A DNA stretch of 12,001 nt from Candidatus Krumholzibacteriia bacterium (lineage in GTDB: Bacteria; Krumholzibacteriota; Krumholzibacteriia; LZORAL124-64-63), in the NCBI GenBank assembly GCA_036351155.1, contig JAZBOO010000090.1, forward strand, positions 1-12,001, given 5' to 3'. Shown here in pieces: positions 1 to 7,432 of the stretch. The notes beneath the pieces are model-generated. The model had not been told where the DNA came from and did not search any database. It worked only from the letters and a program-made list of their open reading frames with translations. The first letter of the stretch is position 1. Every line of letters starts with the position of its first letter. The translations under genes were made by a program, and so were the position numbers.

Positions 1-1289
1 GCCTGCAGGTGAATATTCTGGGACTGGAAATCCCGGTGGGTCAGCACCAGGGGCTGGCGGGCCACCGCAGCGGCCAGGGACGCAAACTCGAGATCCAGAT
101 CGGGCACCTCGGCCTCGGTCAAGCCACAATGCCCGACCAGAAAGCGGGTCCGGAAGTAGTCGGTTTCCCAGCGCAGCTGCGCCGTGTCCAGCACACGGTC
201 CACCGCCAGGGGACATTCCTGGAGCGCCTGGGCCGTGGCCCCCTGGAGCCGCAGCAGGTGATCCACCACACGGTCGTAATCAGGCGCCGAGTCGGCCTCC
301 GCCGCCGTCGCGCGTTCAAAAAGGCGCTCGGCGCCCACGTCTTCCATCAGGACCGAATGCTCGGCCTCGTTCACCGCCACCAGCTCGGGTGCGCCCAGGT
401 CCCGTTCCTTCAGCCATCGGCCAATCGCCACGAAGCGGGTAAATTCCTCATCGTCCGGAGGGCTGACCATGGCCACCAGAGGGCATGCCTTTAGGCCGAT
501 GCGCCAGAAGCGCCGGGCCGACCCGTGCCCGGTGATGCGGTGCACTTCGATCTCGGCCGAGGCCTCGTGGTCGGTGGGCAGAGCGTCAAGGTAACGGGCG
601 GGGGTGCCCAGATCGCTCCAGTGGAAGCCCCCGGGAGCAAACCCGCGCACACTGCCGGGCCGCCGGTCCTTGGCCCGCACCAGAGGATCGATCAGCGAGG
701 AGAAACCGGGCCCGATGTCCGCCAGCAAGGTGCGCGAGAACACGCCGATTCCGGTGTAGGTCAGGGCTGTCTGTCCCGTTTCCAGGGGCGCGTGAGGGCC
801 TCCGATCCGGACCAGAGCGCCTTCGGTATTCACCACCACCGAGTTGACCGCCGGCCAGTCCACCAGCAACAGGGTGGCCAGCGCCCCGGTGGCCAGGTGT
901 TCGGCGATCAAGGAATCGAGCCGGGCGTCACAGAGCACATCGCCGTTGTGAATCAGAAAATGCGGGGAACGATTCAGGAAAATGCGGGCATTGTCCAGAG
1001 CGCCGCCGGTGCCCAGGATCTCTTTCTCGGGAAACATCGTGAACCGTTCTTGATCGACCCGATCCTCGATATGAAGGGCCACCTGCGCCCCCAGGTGGTG
1101 GGTGTTGACGGCGATGTGCTGAACACCCGCGGCCGTGAGATTGTCCACCGCATGGTCCAGCAGGGTTTTACCGCCCACGGGCAACAGGGGCTTGGGCACG
1201 TGGTCGGTCACCGGGGCCAGGCGGGTGCCGTATCCCGCCGCCAGGATCAGGCCCTGGATATCCTGAATATCCGGTCCGCAATCATTCAT
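1..1289 (-). CDS. Fused sugar-1-phosphate nucleotidyltransferase (MurU-like) + APH-family phosphotransferase (AmgK-like); C-terminus lies beyond the window edge
   Basis: Manual translation from ATG at 1289 (8-nt overlap with the end of namZ): MNDCGPDIQDIQGLILAAGYGTRLAPVTDHVPKPLLPVGG...EILGTGG...HNGDV...WSDLGTPARY (NTP_transferase motifs). The same frame continues into RITGHGSARRFWRI...EFTRFVAIG...VLMEDVG...LTHRDFQSQNIHLQ (APH/AmgK-like; HRDFxSxN catalytic loop at about 15-38). No stop seen, which explains its absence from the ORF track. Confidence 0.9.
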   Translation of the reverse strand, partial: MNDCGPDIQDIQGLILAAGYGTRLAPVTDHVPKPLLPVGGKTLLDHAVDNLTAAGVQHIAVNTHHLGAQVALHIEDRVDQERFTMFPEKEILGTGGALDNARIFLNRSPHFLIHNGDVLCDARLDSLIAEHLATGALATLLLVDWPAVNSVVVNTEGALVRIGGPHAPLETGQTALTYTGIGVFSRTLLADIGPGFSSLIDPLVRAKDRRPGSVRGFAPGGFHWSDLGTPARYLDALPTDHEASAEIEVHRITGHGSARRFWRIGLKACPLVAMVSPPDDEEFTRFVAIGRWLKERDLGAPELVAVNEAEHSVLMEDVGAERLFERATAAEADSAPDYDRVVDHLLRLQGATAQALQECPLAVDRVLDTAQLRWETDYFRTRFLVGHCGLTEAEVPDLDLEFASLAAAVARQPLVLTHRDFQSQNIHLQ

Positions 1290-2457
1290 AACGCAGGAAA
1301 TCTGCCGTCAGGGTGGCGAACTCCGCGAGGGACTGGGCCCAGTCCTTTTCCATGTCCCAGGGCGAGCGCCCCGCCTCCACGGCCAGGCGCCAGCTGGTGC
1401 CGCCAGCCAGGATATCGATGGGCAGCTTCTCTTCCTCGTACTCGTAGGGCGGCTGCTTCCAGGCAAAATCCTGGTCCCAGACCTGGGCCACCGCCGCGAT
1501 GGCTGCCGAATACACGGCCACCGGCTTGAAAACCGCCCGATCCGTCACGTGCACCTGGACTCCACCACATATCTGCCCGGCGAACTTGTGGAAAGTGGGT
1601 TCGAAGTGCAGGGGACGAAAAACCGCCCCCGGAAAGCCCCACCCGTCCAGGCAATCGGCCAGCTGGGCGGCCTCGATGAAAGGCGCGCCAAAGATCTCGA
1701 AGGGCCGGGTGGTGCCGCGGCCTTCCGAGAGGTTGGTGCCCTCGAGCAGGCAGCCGCCCGGATAAACGAAGGCCGTGTCCAGGGTGGGCATGTTGGGTGA
1801 GGGCAGGATCCAGGGCAATCCCGTCTCATCGAAGGTCATCGCCCGTCGCCAGCCGCGCATCTCCACCACTTCCAGATCGGGAGGCACCTCCATCTCCAGG
1901 GCGAACATGGTGGCCAGTTCGCCGATGGTCAGGCCATGGCGCATGGGAATGGCGGCCAGGCCGACAAAGGAGCGATAGTCCAGGTCCAGCACGTTGCCTT
2001 CGCGCGCCAAGCCGCCCAGCGGGTTGGGACGGTCCAGGACCATGACCTTGACCCCCGCGGCGGCACAGGCCTCCAGGCACAGCCACAGGGTCCAGATGAA
2101 TGTGTAATAACGGGCCCCGATGTCCTGCAGATCGATCACCAGGACATCCAGACCCGCCAGCATTTCCGGGGTGGGCTGCCGGTGCTGACCGTAAAGCGAG
2201 TGAACGGGTACACCCCGCCTGGCATCGGTGAACCCCCGCCATTCGATCATGTTGTCCTGGTTCTGCCCCATGATGCCGTGCTGGGGCCCGAACAGGGCCC
2301 GCACATCTGTCCGCGCGGAATCTGCCAGCAGATCGGTGGCATGACGCATCAAGCCGTCGACCGAGGCGGGATGGACCAGCAGCCCCACCCGTAAGCCTTC
2401 CAGGCGCGCAAAATCTTCGGCCACCAGCTGGTCCAGTCCTGTTTTCACTTGTGCCAT
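1282..2457 (-). CDS. namZ: Exo-beta-N-acetylmuramidase NamZ family protein (DUF1343/YbbC, GH171)
   Basis: Family motifs VKTGLD, LFGPQHG, HSLYG, DLQDIGARYYTFIWT, VLDRPNP, RHGLTIGELA, PWILPSPNMPT, EGTNLSEGRGTTRPFEIFGAP, GGVQVHVTD. GGGAG RBS at 2468-2464 fits ATG 2457 better than GTG 2460. No signal peptide. Confidence 0.93.
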   Translation of the reverse strand: MAQVKTGLDQLVAEDFARLEGLRVGLLVHPASVDGLMRHATDLLADSARTDVRALFGPQHGIMGQNQDNMIEWRGFTDARRGVPVHSLYGQHRQPTPEMLAGLDVLVIDLQDIGARYYTFIWTLWLCLEACAAAGVKVMVLDRPNPLGGLAREGNVLDLDYRSFVGLAAIPMRHGLTIGELATMFALEMEVPPDLEVVEMRGWRRAMTFDETGLPWILPSPNMPTLDTAFVYPGGCLLEGTNLSEGRGTTRPFEIFGAPFIEAAQLADCLDGWGFPGAVFRPLHFEPTFHKFAGQICGGVQVHVTDRAVFKPVAVYSAAIAAVAQVWDQDFAWKQPPYEYEEEKLPIDILAGGTSWRLAVEAGRSPWDMEKDWAQSLAEFATLTADFLRYE

Positions 2458-2470
2458 CACCGACTCCCGG

Positions 2471-2809
2471 TCAGTTGTAGTAATCCGGTTTACAGCCGCC
2501 TCAGCCGTCCCACATGCGTTCGTAGGCCGCCATGCGCTCGGCGATCAAGGCCTTGGCCTCGGCCTCCCTGGCAAAAGGCCGCACCACGCGCAGGCCCGGG
2601 CCCGGTTGCTCGACCAGAGCCCAGGCCAGGGTTTTCCTGGGGCCGGGGACGGGACGGCGCACCAGCAAGAGGTCGCCCGCCAGCCCGGTGGCGATGGCGG
2701 TTTTCACCGGGAAATCGCCCGCCAGTTCTTCCCATTGCGCCGCGGAACACGGCACGATTTCACCGGCCGCAAGTCGCTGACAGAGAGCCTCGGTGGTCAA
2801 CTTTTTCAT
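2471..2809 (-). CDS. Small hypothetical protein, candidate selenoprotein (112 aa if TGA 2501-2503 is Sec; otherwise 102 aa ending at 2501)
   Basis: ATG overlaps the GT4 stop (ATGA at 2809-2806). C-terminus reads ...[27 protein letters not shown](2473-2471). The gene itself is well supported by operon packing; the readthrough is inference. Confidence 0.75.
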
Positions 2810-3969
2810 GACTGCTCCCCCCTGGAGGCCAGGTCCTCCACGGCCTCGGCCATCCGGTCCCAGGAGTACCGTGACTTCTCCGCCTGTACCCCTGTCGAGA
2901 ATTCCTCGGCCCGATTTTCCTTGAAAAATCGTGTCACCGCCTCGGCCAGGGCCTCGGGATCTTCCGGAGGGACCACGAAGCCCGTTTTTCCATCCAGCAC
3001 CACCTCGGGCAACCCGCCCACGCGGGTGGTCACCACCGGCAGATCGTAGTTGTAGGCGATCTGGACAATCCCGCTCTGGGTGGCCGACACATAAGGCAGC
3101 ACGGCCAGGTCGGCGGCCAGAAAGTAGTCCTCCACCGTCTCGTCGGGGACGAACCCGTCGACCAGGCGAATGATTTCGCCGCCGGGCGAACCCGCGATCC
3201 GGTCCAGGTACGGCTGCTTGTCCCCGTAGATATCGCCCACGATCAGGATGCGCAGGCGAGCGCCGAAGGCCTCCTTCAGCGAGGCCGCGGCATCGATCAG
3301 GTGCAGCACGCCCTTGTAGGGCTTGATGAACCCGAAGAACAGGACCAGGTGTTCGGCCTCGTCCAGCCCCAGCGCCTCTCGCGCCTCAGCTCGGGTTTTG
3401 CGCGGCCGGCCAGGTACTCCGAAGTCGTAGACCGGATGGGGCGTGGTGACCACCAGGTCGGGGTCGGTGTCCGGTAATACCGTGAACAGATCCTGCCGCA
3501 CCTGATCACTCTGGGCAATGAACCCATGCCCCTGCCTCAAGGCCAGCCGGGTCAGCCAGGTGCCCAGAGGATATTTCTCGTGGGGAATCACATTGTCCAG
3601 CAGGTAGATGACACGCACCTCGGTGCGGCGCCTCAGCAGCCAGGTCACGGCGAAAAAGCCGGGCGCAAAAAACGGGATCCAGTACTTGATGATGACTGCC
3701 GCGGGAGCCTCGGCCTTCAGATCACTGCTGACCCGCCACCAGCTCCAGGGCGACCAGGGCACGAACCGGGGCTGATTGGGCAGCTGCAGCCAGGGCGCCA
3801 CTTCCCCCTCCTGCTCGGTGCCCGGGAAGAGAAAGCGGGGATACTGCCGTGCGAAAGATGCCCAGAAAACGGTGTGGCCTCTTGCCAGGAGCGCCCGCCC
3901 CAGCATGCCCAGGTAGGTGACAATGCCCCCCCGAAAAGGGGAGGCAGGGCCCAGGAAGGCCAGTTTCAC
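2806..3969 (-). CDS. Glycosyltransferase family 4 (GT-B fold)
   Basis: Motifs [71 protein letters not shown]. Likely start is GTG 3969 (VKLAFLGP), which overlaps the GT9 stop as GTGA. Confidence 0.92.
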   Translation of the reverse strand: MKLAFLGPASPFRGGIVTYLGMLGRALLARGHTVFWASFARQYPRFLFPGTEQEGEVAPWLQLPNQPRFVPWSPWSWWRVSSDLKAEAPAAVIIKYWIPFFAPGFFAVTWLLRRRTEVRVIYLLDNVIPHEKYPLGTWLTRLALRQGHGFIAQSDQVRQDLFTVLPDTDPDLVVTTPHPVYDFGVPGRPRKTRAEAREALGLDEAEHLVLFFGFIKPYKGVLHLIDAAASLKEAFGARLRILIVGDIYGDKQPYLDRIAGSPGGEIIRLVDGFVPDETVEDYFLAADLAVLPYVSATQSGIVQIAYNYDLPVVTTRVGGLPEVVLDGKTGFVVPPEDPEALAEAVTRFFKENRAEEFSTGVQAEKSRYSWDRMAEAVEDLASRGEQS

Positions 3970-5060
3970 GGCTGCCCCAGCAACTGGACCACCTGATCGG
4001 CCACCGTCGCCGGCTGAAGTGTCTCCAGGCAAAAGCTGGCATTGGTGCAGCGGGGCTGAAAGAAGCAGGTACACTTCTGATCAGGAGCCATGATGACCCC
4101 CTGGCCGTACAGCTCGAACTCGTGGGGATTGAAGATGTTGTTGAACAGCACCAGCTTCTTCCCCAGCCCCAGAGCGATGTGCATGGCCATGGTCACTGCC
4201 GTGACCACCAGATCACACCGGTCCATGAGCCCCACGAAGGTGGGCAGATCGAAGTGGCCCGCATAGTGGGCTCCGGTTTCACTGGCCAGACGCTGGTTGC
4301 GGATATGTTCCTCCGGCCCTCCAAGCAGCAGAACGTTGAACCCGGCTTTCTGCAGCCGGACGGTCAGGTCGATCCAGTGGTCCTCAGGCCAGAGCCGACT
4401 GGGCCAGCGGGTTCCGGCCCCGGTGTTCAGACCCACCAGCGGCCTGTCGCCCGGGAGATCGAAACGGGGGGCGGGATCAGGGCGGTCCACCACGTACTTT
4501 TCGCCGGCGAACGTGTAGCCACAGATGGCAAAGATTTCCTGGGGATAGCTCAGAGTGCAAGCCTGGTTCACGTCGTCGAAGATCCCGGTCAGGAACTTGC
4601 TGCGCACGGCCTGAGCCATGTTCGGCGACACGCCTTCGGTCACCGGGCAGCATATGCCCTCGGCGTCGAGGGTGAAACCGATGCGCTTTTTGGCCTTCAC
4701 CCGGGCGGCCAGGGCGCAGGCCTGGCGATCCTTGTCCAGGTTGATCACCAGATCCCAGGCCACCTGATTGACCCACAGCTGGCCGGCGGTATCCAGCTTG
4801 ATCACGTCATCCACCTGGTGCGGCACCAGGGCGGGAAAATCCGTCACCCAGGTCAGGGCATGCTCGGGGTACTGACGGGCCAGAGGCTCCAGCAGAGGCG
4901 TGGTTCGGATGACATCGCCGGCCGCCCCCAGCTTGATGAGCAGGATGCGCCCCTGACGCGGCCGATAGTGCGCACAGCCATCGCAATGGACCCCCTCTTC
5001 CTTGTGGGGACGACAGGGCACATGACCGCGAAAATGAAGACAATCGGTTTTGTAGTTCAC
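3966..5060 (-). CDS. Glycosyltransferase family 9 (ADP-heptose:LPS heptosyltransferase-like, RfaF/RfaQ type) with Cys-rich termini
   Basis: Motifs [68 protein letters not shown]. Likely start is GTG 5060 (VNYKTDC), downstream of AGGAAAG. Confidence 0.88.
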   Translation of the reverse strand: MNYKTDCLHFRGHVPCRPHKEEGVHCDGCAHYRPRQGRILLIKLGAAGDVIRTTPLLEPLARQYPEHALTWVTDFPALVPHQVDDVIKLDTAGQLWVNQVAWDLVINLDKDRQACALAARVKAKKRIGFTLDAEGICCPVTEGVSPNMAQAVRSKFLTGIFDDVNQACTLSYPQEIFAICGYTFAGEKYVVDRPDPAPRFDLPGDRPLVGLNTGAGTRWPSRLWPEDHWIDLTVRLQKAGFNVLLLGGPEEHIRNQRLASETGAHYAGHFDLPTFVGLMDRCDLVVTAVTMAMHIALGLGKKLVLFNNIFNPHEFELYGQGVIMAPDQKCTCFFQPRCTNASFCLETLQPATVADQVVQLLGQP

Positions 5061-5100
5061 CTGTTCGACTTTCCTGGATCCTTGGACAAAAACGAATCGA

Positions 5101-6204
5101 TCACCGACCGCCGGCCAGCTGGCTTTCCACATCCTTCAGCAATTCGCGGGCCTGCATTTCCAGTGCGCTGGGCAGCCCGTGCTGCAGAGCGATGGTGAAC
5201 GCTCCCTGAGCCTGCGCCAGATTTTCCATGCCCCGGAACAGCCGGCCCATGTGGAAAAAGATGATGGCCTGGCTCTCGTGGGACCGATCGAAGTTCAGGG
5301 CATGGGTAAAAGCATCCACCGCCTCGAAGGTCCGGCCTTCCAGCTCCAGGGCCTGGCCCTTGAGGCTCAGAATCCGGCTGCGGGATGGACCCTCGAGGGT
5401 CAACTGGCCATCCAGCAGACGCTCGCACACCGCCAGCGCCTCGGCGCCCTGGCCTTGCCCGATCAGTTCCTCGGCCTCGTTCACCCCACGGCGCACCGGG
5501 GCCGGCAAGGGGGCCCGCAACTGCACAAGCTCGGCCCGCATGCTCTCGGCAAGGGTGCGCATGTCATCGGGTAGAGACCCGGCCAGAGCTTCGGCCACCA
5601 GCGCGGCGGCCTGGTCATATGCCTGCCGATCCCGCTGAAAACCGGCGAACAGGACCTTGGCCACCGCATCGTCGGGATTCGCCTTCAAGGCCAGCCGACA
5701 CTGGTCCTCGGCGGCCAGGCGCTGGCCCCCGGCAAAGTCCTCCAGGGCGCGGTTCACATGATAGCTGTAGGCTGCGGTCACCTGCTTGCGAGGCGGCCCC
5801 CACAGGGTGACCACGAAGCTGGCGGGGATTTCCCGGTTGGTCAGCACTGCCAGCAGTTCCTCGCCCTGGCCCCAGGGAATCGAAAACGCATGGTGGGACT
5901 CGTCGGTCTTGTAGTAGAGCAGTTCCTCACCCTTGACCCGCAACAGGCTCAGGTCGCAGTTCCTGTCGCCCCCCTCGACCGTCAGTTTCCAGCGGCGAAC
6001 GGGCATATCCTCGAAATCCACGCGCATCTGGAACGATTCCCGGGCCCCCAGGCTGTAGCTCTCGGAAGTCCAGGCCTCCCAGGTGGCCGGATGGTCCACG
6101 TTCGCGGCCACGGCCGTGCCACCGGCGGCCAGGAGCAGAGCCCCTCCCACCCAGAGGAAAATCTGCAGAATCAGGCGTGTCATCAGCCTCGAATGGGCCC
6201 CCAT
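5101..6204 (-). CDS. Secreted protein with N-terminal beta-rich domain and C-terminal tetratricopeptide repeats
   Basis: AAGGAG lies 7 nt before ATG 6204. Hydrophobic signal-like segment LILQIFLWVGGALLLAAGGTAVAA. TPR-like helices ALKANPDDAVAKVLFA, LKGQALELEGRTFEAVDAFTHAL, FHMGRLFRGMENLAQAQGAFTIAL. Confidence 0.8.
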   Translation of the reverse strand: MGAHSRLMTRLILQIFLWVGGALLLAAGGTAVAANVDHPATWEAWTSESYSLGARESFQMRVDFEDMPVRRWKLTVEGGDRNCDLSLLRVKGEELLYYKTDESHHAFSIPWGQGEELLAVLTNREIPASFVVTLWGPPRKQVTAAYSYHVNRALEDFAGGQRLAAEDQCRLALKANPDDAVAKVLFAGFQRDRQAYDQAAALVAEALAGSLPDDMRTLAESMRAELVQLRAPLPAPVRRGVNEAEELIGQGQGAEALAVCERLLDGQLTLEGPSRSRILSLKGQALELEGRTFEAVDAFTHALNFDRSHESQAIIFFHMGRLFRGMENLAQAQGAFTIALQHGLPSALEMQARELLKDVESQLAGGR

Positions 6205-6252
6205 GGAAGTGCTCCTTCGCCAGGTCAAAACCCGGAGGCTTGGAACCCCCGG

Positions 6253-6280
6253 TTGATTCATGGTCATTTGTGCCTATACT
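6253..6280 (+). promoter_or_regulatory. Putative sigma70-type promoter for the 6346-8281 unit
   Basis: TTGATT (6253-6258), 16-nt spacer, TATACT (6275-6280), in an AT-richer divergent intergenic gap 65 nt upstream of ATG 6346. Confidence 0.5.
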
Positions 6281-6345
6281 CAGCGGTGAATCTACCGGAT
6301 GCAACCGGGGAACTCAAGCTGCCACCTTACCTGCCTGGAGGAAAC

Positions 6346-7386
6346 ATGGGAAGCTCCCGACAGATCTCCATCGTCCTGCGACTGATGATCATGACCCTCG
6401 TGATGACCGGCCTGGCCGGCACGGCCGCGGGCCAGTCCGTCCAGGGAGATCCCACCGACATCAGTTTCAACATCGTCAACGCCACCACGGGCCAGCCGGG
6501 CACCATCGATCGCCTGGAAATCCACTACCTCACCCTGCGGCCCAATCCCGTGCTGGATGTGGAACCTGATGGCTCTGCCATCAACCTGCGGGACGTGCCC
6601 ATCAAGGACCGGGGCAAGTACGTCATCACCGCCTGGTTCCAGGGCGTGCCCTATTTCTGGAGTGTCCGCGGTCAGCAGATCCTGGACGAAACCCTGACCC
6701 TGCACGTGTTCGACACCAGCGGAGACCTGGCGCAGGTGTCCATGACCGGCCTGAATCTCCTGATGCGCAAGGCCGAGTCGGTGGTGGATCTGGAGTACAT
6801 GCTCAAGATTGACAACGCGGCCCGCCCTCAGGTGACGGTGACCGGTTCACCCACCGTGGAGCTGAATGTGCCCGCCGGGGCCACCGGATTCCAGGCCCAT
6901 TACACGCGGGGTCCCGATCCCATCGATGTGCCCGTCCGGAGCCTGGGTGCCGGGAGGGTCGGGCTGGATGTCCCCCTGACCACCGGGCAGAACCAGGTCC
7001 GCTTCACCTGCAGGGTCCCCTGGCAGGAAGGCCTGGAAGTGCCCGTGGGATCGAACCTCCCCGTGGATGCCTGGAGCCTGCTGGCCACACCCGAGAACCT
7101 GGATATCCGATCGTTCGACCTTTCTCCGGACCGGAGCCAGGACCTGCCCGGTTTCTTGCGCTTCATAGGACAGCCGCTGGACGCCAATCCCGACTTCCGA
7201 TTCCAGGTCAATAGCCGTATTGCCGCCGGCCAGGCCGAAGAGGTTTTCACCACCGAGGCGCCCGGTGAAGAGGACGAGGACGAGTCCACCGGGGAAGAAA
7301 ATGACGAAGGCGGCTTCCCGTTCCTGGTTCTGGTGCCTATTTTCGTGGTCCTGATTATCATACTGTCACGCCGCCGGTCCTCGTGA
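6346..7386 (+). CDS. Exported hypothetical protein with C-terminal membrane anchor
   Basis: GGAGG RBS before ATG 6346. Signal peptide-like N-terminus (IVLRLMIMTLVMTGLAGTAAG), beta-rich body, acidic linker (EEDEDESTGEENDE), then GGFPFLVLVPIFVVLIIILS-RRRSS. The ORF-track extension back to 5758 overlaps the TPR gene antisense and is rejected. Confidence 0.8.
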   Translation: MGSSRQISIVLRLMIMTLVMTGLAGTAAGQSVQGDPTDISFNIVNATTGQPGTIDRLEIHYLTLRPNPVLDVEPDGSAINLRDVPIKDRGKYVITAWFQGVPYFWSVRGQQILDETLTLHVFDTSGDLAQVSMTGLNLLMRKAESVVDLEYMLKIDNAARPQVTVTGSPTVELNVPAGATGFQAHYTRGPDPIDVPVRSLGAGRVGLDVPLTTGQNQVRFTCRVPWQEGLEVPVGSNLPVDAWSLLATPENLDIRSFDLSPDRSQDLPGFLRFIGQPLDANPDFRFQVNSRIAAGQAEEVFTTEAPGEEDEDESTGEENDEGGFPFLVLVPIFVVLIIILSRRRSS

Positions 7387-7432
7387 CCGCCGACTGTGCT
7401 TTTTCCCTCACGCTCTCAAGCAAGGAGTCAAC

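Noticed and set aside
9..1529. Plus-strand ORFs 9..494 and 525..1529
   Set aside because: In-register antisense shadows of the motif-bearing MurU-AmgK fusion, with no recognisable motifs of their own.
2501..2503. Genome-wide UGA reassignment (Trp or Gly) as the explanation for the in-frame TGA
   Set aside because: TGA ends namZ, GT4, GT9, mqnD and the kinase at family-appropriate lengths, often overlapping the next start codon, so UGA is a normal stop in this genome.
4122..5810. Plus-strand ORFs such as 4122..5198, 5179..5574, 5228..5638 and 5385..5810
   Set aside because: Antisense to the GT9 and TPR genes; typical GC-rich shadow ORFs.
5758..6345. N-terminal extension of the 542-aa ORF
   Set aside because: Overlaps the TPR gene antisense. 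The RBS, promoter-like motif and signal peptide all point to ATG 6346.
6281..6345. Possible structured leader or riboswitch (CAGC/GCTG, GGT/ACC and CCGG/CCGG pairings)
   Set aside because: Stems are only 3-4 bp, which is expected by chance at this GC content, and I recognise no riboswitch consensus. An Rfam cmscan would settle it.
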